From Seison nebaliae (lineage: Eukaryota): DNA of 64,000 nucleotides. Location: positions 1 to 64,000 of the forward strand of contig JALJEE010002185.1 of NCBI GenBank assembly GCA_023231475.1, given 5' to 3'. Both the position numbers and the translations under genes were made by a program. Shown piece by piece: positions 1 to 13,349 of this stretch. Each line of letters starts with the position of its first letter. Position 1 is the stretch's first letter. The notes beneath the pieces are model-generated. The model worked only from the letters and a program-made list of their open reading frames with translations. It was not told where the DNA came from and did not search any database.

Positions 1-14
1 ATTTTATCAACGAA

Positions 15-143
15 AATGTAACGAGCATTTTTTAGTTTTTTCTCAATTTTTCTTGAAAAAATGGTAAAATTTCTACATTTTTCACAAAATGGCGTCATAT
101 TTCAACAAAAATCGAGAAAAAACTAAAAAATGCTCGTTACATT
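15..143. repeat. Short inverted-repeat (hairpin/MITE-like) element
   Basis: Arm 15-~60 (aatgtaacgagcattttttagttttttctcaatttttcttgaaa) is the reverse complement of ~96-143 with few mismatches; spacer ~35 bp. Confidence 0.85.
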
Positions 144-573
144 AACTTTAATGTGGACTTTAAATTCCTACTGTATATACATATAAATGTTATAACAATT
201 ATGTATTATAGCGCATAAAGTGTTGATAATACAAATCCGTAAGTCTATAGCATGATAATTCATAGTTAACATTTTATTGGAACACAATCAACAACAATGA
301 GTAGTAGGTAAACAAGGATATTCAAATGTTGTATATTACGCATTAACAATCAACTACCAAGTAATCTTTGTTTGTTATCGATTTATCATTAACAACTTGT
401 TAAATTAATTTTTAATCCCATGTATTATGAGGAGAAGCTTCAAAAAAAATTTAATAAATTCTGAAACAAAACTTTTTAACGTGTTTTAACCCTATTTTTA
501 TGGATATTACGGATTGCTTTTGAAATTAAACGTGCATAATTTTAAGATGGTTAAATAAAAGTAAGTGAAGACC

Positions 574-750
574 TACAAAGGCAACAAGACCATAAGGGAT
601 GTTTCCAAGAAATTAAGTGTCTCCTTAGGGACAATTCAACGAATTTGTAAGAGCGGAAAGGTAACGTCTGATCGTAAGAATAAAAATTAGGGTTGCCCCT
701 CACCGATAAATCGACCGAATAAACAGAAAATCAAAAAATTAATTTTGGTA
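574..750 (+). pseudogene. Tc1/mariner-IS630-like transposase N-terminal HTH relic
   Basis: Translates YKGNKTIRDVSKKLSVSLGTIQRICKSGKVTSDRKNKN*GCPSPINRPNKQKIKKLI: an HTH pattern followed by a GRP-like linker (GCP). Contains an in-frame stop; no DDE domain seen. Confidence 0.5.
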
Positions 751-862
751 ACCATCATTCAAACGTTAAAACTGTAATAGACCGGTTCGATTTGGAATAT
801 TGGAAGAATACCGTTTACAGAACAGTCCGCCAAATTTAATTAAAGTCAAAAAGAATGAAACG

Positions 863-1324
863 ATTGTAGGTGAATTGCCAGTTGGTTATGAATCCAGTCG
901 GCCTTTTTCCTGTCATTTCTACCACTTTCCCTTAATTTCCCAATTTTTAAAACTGATCATTTTGTGTAATTTTAATTTAAAATCATGAGACACAAAATTC
1001 ATAAAACTGATCATTTAAAAATTAATAATACATGAGAAGGATGAGTTACAGATTAAAAAAAACACATGAACTAATCTAAGCAGCATGTATTAGGTATAAG
1101 TTGATTTTTTTTAATTTTGTGAGGAAACAAAAGTCCGAAGTTTTAAATAAATTTCTGAAATAAATGTAATTTAAAAAGTACGACCTTGTAGAACATTTCA
1201 AGCTTTTTCTAGATATGTTAAATTCAAAATCATATCTTAAATATTTCTTTCAAAAAAAAAGAGGTATAAAAAAAGTTCAAAAAAATCGTCTGGATTCATA
1301 CCCAACTGGCAATTCACCTACAAT
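863..1324. mobile_element. MITE-like non-autonomous DNA transposon, 38-bp TIRs
   Basis: 863-900 attgtaggtgaattgccagttggttatgaatccagtcg matches the reverse complement of 1287-1324 at 36/38 positions; AT-rich non-coding interior. Confidence 0.85.
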
Positions 1325-3060
1325 TGAATCAAAGAGAAACCTCACTTATCTTCAATTATTGATTACAGACGTTCTAGTTTGCAACTTTTCAGTACTACTA
1401 TAAATTTCCAATCCCCATATATACTCCTATGTAGCAGCCAAACAAGTTTGACATTATGAAGAGTGTGATTATAAAAACTTTATAATTTCTTACCACGCTA
1501 ATAATCAGAAGAATAATTTGTTCTATCTATCAGAAATATAAATCGCCAAAAACGAAAACCATATGAAATTTCTAAAAAGTAATAATTTTTCTGATCATAC
1601 CAACGAAGCTTGATTGAGAAATCAGTTATTTCGAGAGATTACGAAGCAATCAAGTAACTGTAAATTCGGCCTTCAGTCTATATATTTTATGCCTACTTAT
1701 TATTTATATTAATTATCATGAATAAAAATTACAAATTACAAAAATTAGGTAATTTGAACTTATAATTTGAATTTAACATTTAAATATGATTAAATTCATT
1801 TCATCACAACGCCTTCACTTTTTTGTTGAAAACTATTGCTCTTTCTCAAAGAGAAAATTTTTTGAATAAATATAAAATTATTCATCTTGAGTGGAGCACA
1901 AAATGAATGCAAAACTGAAAGACAGCCATCGGTTCACAAAATGTTCGATCGGAAGTAAATCTTGTTAATTATTTTATGTGTCTAATTTTACTTTCCTCAA
2001 ATTATTTCCAATTCATTTATTTGATAAGCATATCTTTCTTCTCTCTAACTAATGTACTTATTCTAGCTGGAAATAGTCGTTCAACTCTTGCTAAATAACT
2101 ATCCAAAATAATTGACAGTTCAATTTCAGTAGGTAAATTAGAAATGCTCATGATTTTATTCCTTTTCAAATTGGCTATCATCTTTTCCTCTCTCATCATG
2201 TAATGGATCTGGTTACAATAATGGTTCATAATTGCTCATCGATGACATTTTCATCGACTCAAATTTTGAGTAGTATGAGATTAAGAGAATATACAGATTG
2301 TTAATTGTAAAATTGAGTAAAAAGAAAATCGAAGAGAAATGTCAATCGAAAAATAATGTTTCATATAGAGAAGTTGGATTGTTCCGGAAATTATTTTATG
2401 CAATTCATCTAATGGATGATTATGGGAGAAGATGAATAAAATCTTTCTCCCCTACGAAATGAGAAGCGGAAAATTTATTTTCCACTTTCACGTCTTTCTA
2501 AATCGAATACTTCTCAATTTCTGATTCCATGTTTTTAAAGAATGACCATCAATCAGTTACGAATAATTATGGATATAATAAATAAGCGAATTCAGAAAAA
2601 GAAACATTGACATATTAGGAGAATGTTAAAGCTCTTCACTAGTTCCTCACACAACAAAAAATGTTTTATTTCTCAATTAATCGATAAGGAATCATTAATT
2701 TAAATAATTAAGAAAATGGAAGAGAAGGAGATTCTTTAAAAGAAAAATCTCGCAATAATTTCTTCAACAAATTTTTCTATCAACAATCGAATTATGTCGC
2801 TCATGTCCATTAACAACAACAGTAGCTTATAGCTAATTTGAATAATTATGTGCATTTATACAATTGGTCGTGAGGAACATGAAGATTGGGGAAATGTGAG
2901 GAAGTTATTTTATATGGATTGTCTGATTTCCATCTTTAATTATGCAATACCAGTTGAAGAATGTTTTGTTTGTTATGTCCAGTAGAGAATGGTCAATTCG
3001 TTTCGACAAAAAATATTATTGGTAGAATAATTTTCTACTCTCTTCATCTCATATTAATAG

Positions 3061-3123
3061 GTGTGCGTATATGTGTATATATGTGTGTGTATATATGTGT
3101 GTATATGTGTATGTATGTGTGTG
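3061..3123. repeat. Compound (TG)/(TA) microsatellite
   Basis: gtgtgcgtatatgtgtatatatgtgtgtgtatatatgtgtgtatatgtgtatgtatgtgtgtg. Confidence 0.9.
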
Positions 3124-3390
3124 AGAATAAGTTACTCTTCTTTATGTCCATTTCTAGTAGGATTGTTGTGTTGTCGTAGTCGGAAAAAGAAGATAAATAT
3201 TTTATTAAATTTACTCATATGTAAGGATGATGATATTTTCAGATTATTTCATTTTCACTCTCCAACTAGATTCCTCCATTCTTCCCGTCATTGCCAGACA
3301 TTGTTAAGGAAACACAATTTGTTTTATATCAGAGACTTGAATTCCTCTCGATTATTCGGATCCATCAGCAGTTTGTTTCCATCGAACGTC

Positions 3391-5205
3391 ATGTCCGAAT
3401 ATAATGAATGTGATGGAACAAATAATGGAATACTTCAACAAACTACTGGTGGGATGATGGATTGTTTTACGAATTTCGATTCATTTCTCTCCACGAATGG
3501 AAATAATATTCGACGACAAAATCAAGTTCTGCCATCACTCTCCTTCTCCAATATTCATGAGGAGAATGGTGGACAGGATATTTTGGGATCGATGGGTTCG
3601 CCTGCATCTGAACGTTTCGCTCATTCGAATGATAATAATTCATTCCTTCAAAATAATTCGTTTCTTCAATTCGACAATAACGTTGAACAACATGGATCGA
3701 TGAATTCTCTTTTCCATATACCATCCACAAATGATCGATGTGACCGATTTTCAAATTATGGACAACCACCATATTCATCAGATATCATCTCCAACGAATC
3801 GTTACCCTCATCACATTCTTCAACTAATCTTCATCTCAAAAATAAAAAATCTGATGTGTTAAGTAACGGCAATTGTGAAACGCCAACACATTGTCGAAGT
3901 AAAACATCAAATTTCAATCCTTTCGTGAATGGAAAAAATCAGAATTCAAATAATGGATCAAATGAACGATTTATATCTCATCATCAACGAAATAATAGTG
4001 TTGATTATGTTTATTTCGAGTCATCAGCCAACACATCATTCTCGTCACGTTCATTGACATCTGATGAATTAGCTACAGGAAATGGAATGAATAGAAGTGA
4101 TGTGAATGAAAGTAATAGATTCAACTACTTTTATGATCAAGATCAATTCCTTCAAAATTCAAATCAAACTTTTTCATTTCCAAATTCTAATAATAATAAT
4201 AATCATAATAATAATCATAATAATAATCAATTACCATCCACTCAAAATTTTCAAGTTCCTTATAACAATAACAATTTGAATTTTAATAATCCGATAGATA
4301 ACAACAATAACAACAAGAATAGGAATAAATTTTCGGAAAATGAAGAAATTCTTTTTTCAGAATTAGATACTAAATTTGATCGATTGATTGATGGGAATAA
4401 TTTCGATTTTTCTAATTCAACTTTCAATAATGAGTTCACAATGGATAATTTGTTTAATCATGAAGTTCCTCTCTCCGTTGATACGGCGAGTGAAGATGTA
4501 CAGAAAAATCGATTAAACGGTTCATCCGATCGAGAATGTGTGGCGGGGAAGAAAAGACGTTCAAGTTATTCTCATTCTCGATTCCGTTATTTGAATATGA
4601 ATGAGAAATATGAAAATCAACAAATCGATTATCAAAGAAACAAGAATAGTGAATTGGATATGAAATCGTTTCATCAAATGCCTAAATCATTTGCCAACAT
4701 CGAATTGAATGCTAATTATGAGGATAACATTCCTTTTTATTCTGCTCCCCAACAACCACAACGACAATCGCAACAACCACAAAATCGATATATGATGTTC
4801 ACTCAAGATAATGAAACTACATTTCATCAACCCAATAATCGTCATTCATTACGTGATGATCACGAATTGTTTATTGATGATAATTCATCTCGTTTGGTAC
4901 CGTCATCAACCTTGTCCAATTTACAACGATCCACCGAACAAATAAATTATGTTGAAATGAATAATCGGAATAATAGGAATCCTGAATCTTTCCAACAAAA
5001 TCCATTTCAAAAACAGAAAAGATCTCGAGCTTCTAGTGTCGCCACACGAAATCTTCATGTTGTAAATAATTCTCCTTGTCAAACCGAAATTAATCGATCC
5101 TCTACTCGATGTTCACTTCAGAATCAATCAAATTATGATTTTGGAAATGATCCAAAAACTTATAATTATTCTCAATCACTCAACAGCAGCAGCAACAACA
5201 ACAAC

Positions 5206-5240
<35 letters not shown>

Positions 5241-6427
5241 CAATAATAATAATTATTTTGAACATGAAATATTTCCAAGAAATGATACGAATCGATATCG
5301 AGCAAATTCACATCTCAATGAATCGACAATTGGTACGTCGTTTTCGAATAAAACGAATATGCATTTATCGAGAGATCGAATGACGTCGTCGTTTATTGTC
5401 TCAGAAAATAATGATTCGCAATCCAATGGGAAATTAACTCAAAATTCATCCGAACCTCATTTACCACAGAATTTCCTTCAACAACAATCTCATATAAATG
5501 AAAATCAAAGAACGACTAATTTTATCGAAAGAACATACGATATTTTGTTGAAAGGTCAATGGTCAAAAATGTCTCGAAATTGTCAATCTGAATTCATTCA
5601 TCGTTTAACTCGTTTAGTTAATCGCATTTGTACGTTCACTCAACAATTGGAAATAATTCGAATTCTTCAACCAGACGTTTCTCTTTTAGAGAATAATCTC
5701 AAGAATTTCGCTGTCAACATCAATCATTTGGATGACGAGAAAGTGAGAAGAATTAGACAATTCATTCGAACTTTAGGAATGTCAGTTAGTGATATCGATG
5801 ACGATGCCAAACCAGAAATGAAGCGTGCTAAGCGAAGAAAAAAACGATTATCTCAATTGTCAGTGGCTGAAGATATCATGACGGATCGACCTACAAATCA
5901 TCATCAACGGAAATGTTTTAATCATCGACATCAAACTAGAAAAGATGAGTCACATCATTTATCGTCAATTCTTCCAAATAATTTAACAAATGAACGATCG
6001 AACACTAAAAATTCGATAAATAGAAATAATAAATTATCAATGTCATTCATCGCAAAAGATGATCATTCATCTTCTATGAAGAATCGAAAATCTTTGCCAT
6101 CGTCATCACATATACCATTTCTCGCTAATCGTCTATCGGAAGAGGAAGACATAAAGGAAACATTCGATTCTCCATTCCCAAGTGAAACGAATAAAGATTA
6201 TCGAACCGTCGACAATTATCGAGTTAGTAGAAATTTCCATCGAACGGTTTTTATTTCCATACTTTCAGTTACAATTACGTGTCTGGCGTCAATTGTATCA
6301 TCGTCAACGAAAAGAAATGAAACAATTACAGAAAGAGAATAGGAGTGGATACTTCCAGAATACTCAGTTAGTAAATATGAAGAAGGTGGAAGGTTGTTCA
6401 GATGAAGATGTTGACATCATTTCCTGA
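3391..6427 (+). CDS. FAM199X: FAM199X-like protein with long Asn-rich extension; exons 3391-6222 and 6269-6427
   Basis: Core WSKMSRNCQSEFIHRLTRLVN...QQLEIIRILQP...INHLDDEKVRRIRQFI. C-terminus RQRKEMKQLQKENRSGYF...DEDVDIIS is joined by a 46-nt phase-0 intron (gttagt...tttcag, 6223-6268). Start ATG 3391 is inferred. Confidence 0.7.
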
Positions 6428-6905
6428 ATGACAAATATTTGATATTTTCTATTATTCTGTTTGGAAGAAAAGAGAGAAAGACATAAAAAGACATTGAACA
6501 TTCTATAGATTTCCCCCCGGTGTATAAAAAAAAGAGATGGAAATTATCTTTAATTTTATATAAAGAAAAATAATTTTTTCTAATCGAAATATCAACCAGT
6601 TCCAATCGCGCATTCACCAAATTGATATTTTATATATTTTTTATTTTATTTATTTATTTCTTTCGACAACATTAATTTCTTTTCGATCTCTATTTATTTT
6701 ATTTTGGATACGAATCATCTCTCCTATCATTTTATATGAAGATCTTCATTTTCTTCCACATCTCTCTTTCTACGTCACTATTTATTTTAATCAATAAAAT
6801 TTACGAACAATAAACTATCGATGAATTTGAAATAAATAAAACTATAAATAGTTTCTCATAAAGAAAAAAGAATAAGCCAATTCTTCTTCATTCTCACAAA
6901 TAATT

Positions 6906-8270
6906 TCAAGTCATTTCTTCTTTTGGTAATGGGACAATATTATCATTGTCGATTGTCGATAAAGCGTCAATTAATGATCGATCATTCTCTAAAATTGACG
7001 GACGTGGTCGATGTGTATTTATTCCAGGAATATTCATCGGATATTTCTCAATCACACAACCTTTTGTAGTTGGTATTAATTTCAATACACAATGTAGTGG
7101 CACTTTCAAATAAGGAAGTTCCTTTTGAGAAACGTCAGTGAAATAAGCGAGAATACATCGAAGAACAGCTTGATGTCCAACCACCAGAACATTATTCGAT
7201 CGTTCCAATTCCATAATAACCGGTTCCACTCTTAATACCAGATCATGATATGATTCACCTGACGGATATCGATAACGATATTTATTTCTATCACGTTCAG
7301 CAAATTCTTTCGGATATTTCGACGCAATTTCTTTGTATGTTAGTCCTTCACAAATTCCTGCATCGATCTCATCTAGAGCTGGCCAGACTTCCTTAAGCCC
7401 GGTAGTGTGCATAGCCGTTTGTATTGTCCGTTTTCTACTACTTGTCCAAATATCGAGAATGTTGTCCTCCTTCCTCATAAATTCAGCTAGAGCTATTGCA
7501 TATTCTTTCCCTCGTTGTGACAAATCTGAATCGCCACCAATTTTTCCTTCTCGATTCATCAACGATTCTCCATGACGTGTCAAATAAATGGAACGTGATT
7601 GCACACTCATATTCATTAGGAAATATATCGTTCTTGATTGGATATGACCACGAATGTTGTGAACGATGAATCTTCTTCCCACATCAATAATCTTTAAGAA
7701 ACATAAATCGACATCACCTTCCAAATCCATCGATTCATATATTAATTCTTTCTTTGCGATCTTCTCTTTGAATTTTTCCAAATTTTTAATATTTTCAACT
7801 TTCGTATCTAAAATATTTTTATCGATAATCGATTCGTCTTTACAATCACTTTCAACGAACATCACATTATATGTTGAGGGAGAATATTTATCAGATAATT
7901 TATCCAACAATTTTTGTCGACTTTCTCTCGTCAAATGTTCCCCATAATAAATGGCGACAGAATTGGATTGTTTATCAATAAATTCATATAATTCGTTCAT
8001 TTCCTCATCCTCATTCTCATCATCTTCCACGTCTTCATTATTCCCAATTTTACCAAAGACTTTCGTTCGAATTCCTATCCAATTGAAATATCTCGCCAAT
8101 TTCGTTGCTGTATATAATTTCCCTCTAGCTGGCAATCCCACCATCACAATAATAATGGACATGTCACACGAATAACTCGCTGCACCTAAAACGGAACATA
8201 TTTTCAATGGACGTAAAGAATGGTCCTTAATTAATTCGGACTGATCTGTCAATCCATCTCCGGCGCTCAT
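6906..8270 (-). CDS. PFKFB: 6-phosphofructo-2-kinase/fructose-2,6-bisphosphatase family protein; intronless; kinase domain degenerate
   Basis: MVGLPARGK, FVESDC, IYLTRHGES, LDEIDAGICEG, YRYPSGESYHDLVLRVEPVIMELER, HQAVLRC. Confidence 0.95.
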   Translation of the reverse strand: MSAGDGLTDQSELIKDHSLRPLKICSVLGAASYSCDMSIIIVMVGLPARGKLYTATKLARYFNWIGIRTKVFGKIGNNEDVEDDENEDEEMNELYEFIDKQSNSVAIYYGEHLTRESRQKLLDKLSDKYSPSTYNVMFVESDCKDESIIDKNILDTKVENIKNLEKFKEKIAKKELIYESMDLEGDVDLCFLKIIDVGRRFIVHNIRGHIQSRTIYFLMNMSVQSRSIYLTRHGESLMNREGKIGGDSDLSQRGKEYAIALAEFMRKEDNILDIWTSSRKRTIQTAMHTTGLKEVWPALDEIDAGICEGLTYKEIASKYPKEFAERDRNKYRYRYPSGESYHDLVLRVEPVIMELERSNNVLVVGHQAVLRCILAYFTDVSQKELPYLKVPLHCVLKLIPTTKGCVIEKYPMNIPGINTHRPRPSILENDRSLIDALSTIDNDNIVPLPKEEMT

Positions 8271-8792
8271 GTCTCTCACAGAAGAACGATGTTTATCTGA
8301 AACAGAAATTTGTCTATCCTCACCATAAATAATGGCCTTTCATTTGCATTTAGTGCAACAAATTTTATTATTTCTCTTCATTTACATTTCACTACTATTT
8401 CATCATTATTCCCTCGAATTTTTTGTATTTTTAATCAAATTTTCATTTTGAGGAAATTAAAAAATTTTGAAATTTTAATTTTCAAAAAATTTAAAAACTT
8501 TTATTCGCCAAATGAAGTTGTTTGTTGAATGTTGTCAAACTAAATTTATTGTTTTTCAAAAGAAAATTCTAATAAAATTTAAAAGGAATTTAAATGCAAT
8601 TTAGTAAAATAAAATGATATCGAGAAATATGATGAAAGAAAGAAAAAATGAAATTAGAATGAAATTATCAGATTCTTTGTAGTTTTCCTGTAAATAAATA
8701 AATAGTTGGAAGTAAAAGTCGTAAAAGGAAAGCAGAAATAATTTTTCATGAAAAACAAAAAAACATATATTATTATATACATTTTGGAAGTA

Positions 8793-10218
8793 TTATTGGC
8801 AATAAAACCGAACGAACATAATTAAATAGAAAAGAACTTTACAAGAAATTAAACAGCAGAAGAATGTCAAGTAGATGTTTAATGAATAATAACGATCACT
8901 TAACCAGAGAACTGTATATAATAAGTCAATTTGTCCAATGTCATCTTTATTAATGAGAAGAACACCCACGCCTGGATGTTTGACACCCATTCGGTAGGAC
9001 ATTGTTGGTACGACGATTTCACCTTTCAATCTCCCAAATAATCTGAGATTCATAAATTTATTATAACAATTAAAATTGAATTTAGCATCGTCATATTGAT
9101 GTTGGTTGCAAAACTCACCAACAACTCTCAATTCTCCACTCTCCAAATCGTCGAGATAGAGAACTGTCTAAAATTTCAATGAAATAATTCGTAAAATTGA
9201 GAGAGGTGAAGAAACTTTATGAAAATCTCCACTGAATGTGATTGATGGTGAGAGGAGTCGATGTAAATGGAGATTCACTTCATCGAATCTAGGCGAGAGT
9301 GGCCAATGATTGGCGACGATCAATGGACGAAATGAATCATTTCGTTGTTGAAAGACGGACATCATTAACTCTTTTCTATCTTCATCATTTCTTTCGTAAT
9401 TGAAATTACTTTTCGTCCTTAATAAACTCTTTTGAATTGGTCGATCTGTCACATCCGCTTCAGATGACTTAATCAACGAAAAATAATCCATATCCATCTG
9501 GAAATGAGTTTAAAGAAGAAAAACTCTTAAAAATATATTGAACTTGAAATATCTCGAAATTGTTGAAGGAATAAAAATTATTTTGATGTTTCATCTGGAA
9601 ATATTTCAAGAATTTTTTGCAAATTGTTTTGTCTCGTAAAAACGGATATTCTCCTCCAATATCGTTATCACCTGGTAAATAAATTAACTATGAGAAAGAA
9701 AGTTCCATTTATTCAAATACAAATTAAAGAAAAAACATTTTTCTTTTCTTTCTCGAGTTGTTTAATGGAGAATATTTGACGGAATCGATGGAAATAAATC
9801 TCGAAATCATTTTCGTTCGCTTCGATTCCTTCATCGAATAAATCTCCCAAAAAGATGATTGTAGAAAAGTTGAATTTTGTTGAGATTCGAACGAAATACC
9901 TATTCAGATATGAATCTGAATCGAAAATTGTGATATATTTCAGGAGAGGTTTCTCATTCTTATTTCCAATTAATTGAGGATCAGAAATAATTAAAATGAT
10001 TTCGGCATTTTCAAATTTTCTTTAAGGGGAAGTTGTAATAATAAAAAAATAAGTTTTAATTCGAATTAAGTTTAGCACACGTACTTGGGAATGGTAGCCC
10101 ATTTGGAAGAAGTGTAATTGTAAATGAAATATTCGTTCCAAGAACTAATGAGGAAGAAGGTGATCATCCATTTGAATTCGTATGTTTTCTGGAGTAGCCA
10201 TCGTATTTGAGAAGTCAT
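8793..10218 (-). CDS. Metallophosphoesterase 1 (MPPE1/PGAP5/Ted1)-like; 5 exons
   Basis: Spliced translation gives an N-terminal TM segment, IISDPQLIG, IFLGDLFDEG, YLPGDNDIGGE, ANHWPL, FSGDFH, EIVVPTMSYRMG and a C-terminal TM segment. Confidence 0.85.
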
Positions 10219-10485
10219 CGAGAGGAGAATAATTGAGAGAATATCATATAATTCAAATGATACATATGATGCTACAAGAGACAGAGAAAGAATTACAGAG
10301 AATGTAAATGGGAATAATAATATTTGGGAATGAGGAAGCTGAAAGTTCAAATAAAATTCAAACAAACTAAAAACTTTTGTTCGTTAATTAACTTTCACAA
10401 ATTATTCCCATGTTTTGGTGACGATGACGATGGATGAAGTGGACGATCTCCAACAACAAAAAAAAGTTTCTTCTTTGTCGATAAG

Positions 10486-11482
10486 ATGTCTTATTCGATT
10501 TTCAATATTGACCTCACCGAAAGACAATTAGAAGATTTATTTCATTGGATCGACAACATACCGTTATCCAGACCCAAAAGAAAAGTGGAAAGAGACTTCG
10601 CTGATGGAGGTTTCATACTTCAATATCATTATAACATTATTATATCTGTTAACATCTATTCATATTAATAGTGATGACATCAGAAATTATCAAACACTTT
10701 TTTCCTAATATCGTCGAACTTCACAATTATACACCAGCTAACAATGTTCAACAAAAAACGACTAATTGGAATGTCCTGAATAAGTTTCGTTTTATGACAC
10801 GAATTTATTAAATCAAATTTTTCTTTTCTTTTGAAAGAAAAGTTTTAGTTCGACTCGGTCTAAATATGCCTGATAATTTGATCAGAGATATCGCTCTCTG
10901 TAAACCGGGAGCTGCCGAAATTTTTCTTTATCATTTACGTCAACGTTTAGAAGAGTTAGCAAATAGAATAATTGTTCAATGTTCAACTTAACTTTTTGAA
11001 AACAGGACTGATTCAGATAGTTTGTTACCCTTAAGTACCGACCGACCAAAACATGGAGCACGGTTTATTTTTAGAATATAATAAATTCAAATATATTTGT
11101 TGAATGAAGTGATGGAAGAAGTGAATACAAAGACTCTAGTCAATATGGAGATAGTGAAACACAGTCATTTGATAGTCGACTAACCAAAACAAACGTAACG
11201 AGGTCCCACGGGGGCAAGTCATTAAATGGTCATCTGAAAGGCGATGTGGTGAGTCGATTAGAGTTCGAAGAAAAAGTGAATGAATGTTTAACAATTGAAG
11301 AGAACAATCAGGTTTTTTGTCTTCTTTCCTATTTTTCTTTCAAACCACAAATTTTTTAGATACTTTCCGCGAAAATTCGACGATTGGAACATCTGTTAGA
11401 ATTGAAGGATACTCGAATAGAAAAATTGACGAAAGATATGGAAAAATTAAAATCAGGACGTGGTCAAAAACATCGATTTTAA
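10486..11482 (+). CDS. SPEF1: Sperm flagellar protein 1 (CH domain plus C-terminal coiled coil); 6 exons
   Basis: WIDNIPLSRPKRKVERDFADG|VMTSEIIKHFFPNIVELHNYTPANNVQQKTTNWNVLN|KVL ... ILSAKIRRLEHLLELKDTRIEKL. Confidence 0.92.
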
Positions 11483-11850
11483 TTTGATAATACTCATAAA
11501 TTTCATTTATTTTCTTTCATTCTGGACATAAAATTTTCCCTTATGCCAATATCAAATTTTCTTCATATTTCCAATATTATTCCAAACGTAAAAGTTTTAT
11601 TCATGTTAAAACTTTTCTTTCCATTTGATTAATTGGAAATGATTTCATTCTTGATGGAAATGATGATAATGATGTAGAATTATGTCGATAATTCTGTTTA
11701 TGAAATTACCATAGAAACTAATAAATTATTTCAAATCGATAACACTTTCCTATGATGGAAGAAATATAATTGATTATTTGGCTCTCATCATCTTTTCCTC
11801 ATTTAACTTTCTGTTCTTTTCTTTTCGATTTTGTTTCTGTTCCTTTCCTT

Positions 11851-13349
11851 ATGATTAACGACGCACATGTTAGCGTGAAAAAGACAGTGAAACGAGTTCG
11901 TCGAGCCAAAAGAAAATGTAGATCAGGTGTTCGTCATATTACGCTACTTTGTAAGGAGAACGTTTAAATTTTCTTTTTAATTTCAAATAGATCTCTCACG
12001 TTCATCCGATTGGCGTAAATATAGTTTGATCGATAATATTGACCGATGGAGAAGTTTGAAGAAACGTGAAAATATCGATAGAATTGATGCGAATGAAATG
12101 AATGTGGATGAATTTATTCGAGAATATGAGATACCATATCAACCATGTATCATTCAAAATGAAATGAAACATTGGGATGCATCTTATAAATGGACTCCTG
12201 AAGTTTCTTCCCCCATTTTTTCTTCTTTCTCTTCAGTATTTATTAAAAATTTAGAGATTATTAAAGAAGTATCGAAATCAATTATTCAAGGTAGGAGAAG
12301 ATGATGAAGAATATTCAGTCAAATTGAAAATGAAATATTTTATGACTTATCTTAACAATAATATCGATGATTCTCCACTCTACATATTCGATGGTGCTTT
12401 TGGTGAAGTTTTGAATTTTTTAAAATTTTCTTCTTATTTTCTTCTCTTCATTTTCAGCATCGAAAAAAGAAACAATTATTAGATGATTATAATTTGCCTA
12501 AATATTTCAATGAAGATCTTTTTCAATATGTCGGTGAGAAACGTCGTCCTCCTTATCGGTTTGTATTGAATTAATTGAGGAAGAATTATTTCAAAAATTT
12601 TTAGATGGTTTTGTATGGGACCAGCAATGTCTGGTACTGGAATCCACGTTGATCCATTAGGAACAAGTGCATGGAATGCTTTACTTCATGGACATAAATG
12701 GTGGTGTCTCTTTCCACCACATACCCCCAAAGATTTATTAAAAGTAACAAAAAATGATAATTTCGGAAGTCAGAAAGATGAAGGTTGTGTCTGGTTCAAA
12801 GTCATTTATCCGCGAACGAAAGAAGAAAGTTGGCCGAAAAATTTTCGTCCTATCGAATGTATTCAGAAACCTGGAGAAATGATATTTGTTCCTGGAGGAT
12901 GGTGGCATGTTGTGTTAAATTTAGACATGACAATTGCTGTTACTCAAAACTTCTGTTCAACAAGAAATTTTGCATACGTCTGGAAGAAAACGATTAAGGG
13001 ACGTCCAGCAATGGCGAAAAAATGGTTCTCAATCCTGCACAAGGAGAGACCGGATTTAGCCGCATACGCCGTCGAGTTATTAGAAGGAAGAAATCGATCA
13101 AACTTTGTCGATCAGATATCCGATGACAGTAGTAGTAGTAGCAGTAGTAGTGACGATTCGTCATCATTCGAATCGTCAGACGAAGAAGGAAGTGGAGATA
13201 ATTTGGGAGACACAGAAAGTTTCCGCGCGGATAAAAATTCGAATCAACAAATAAAATCTCCAACCTTACCACAATCTCTACCAGCAATGAATCATTTGAA
13301 AGAAGATCGAAAAATTCATTCCAAAACTAAATTAACATATGTTAACTAA
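11851..13349 (+). CDS. JMJD6: JmjC hydroxylase JMJD6/PSR; 5 exons
   Basis: [92 protein letters not shown], poly-Ser tract. Confidence 0.97.

Noticed and set aside
2017..2229. 70-aa minus-strand ORF
   Set aside because: No recognisable motif and no convincing exon chain.
3061..3390. N-terminal 110 aa of the 1093-aa ORF (CVYVYIC...)
   Set aside because: Translation of a TG/TA microsatellite from a non-ATG start; probably UTR or intron.
6182..6427. Apparent frameshift at the FAM199X C-terminus
   Set aside because: Fully explained by the 46-nt GT-AG intron at 6223-6268.
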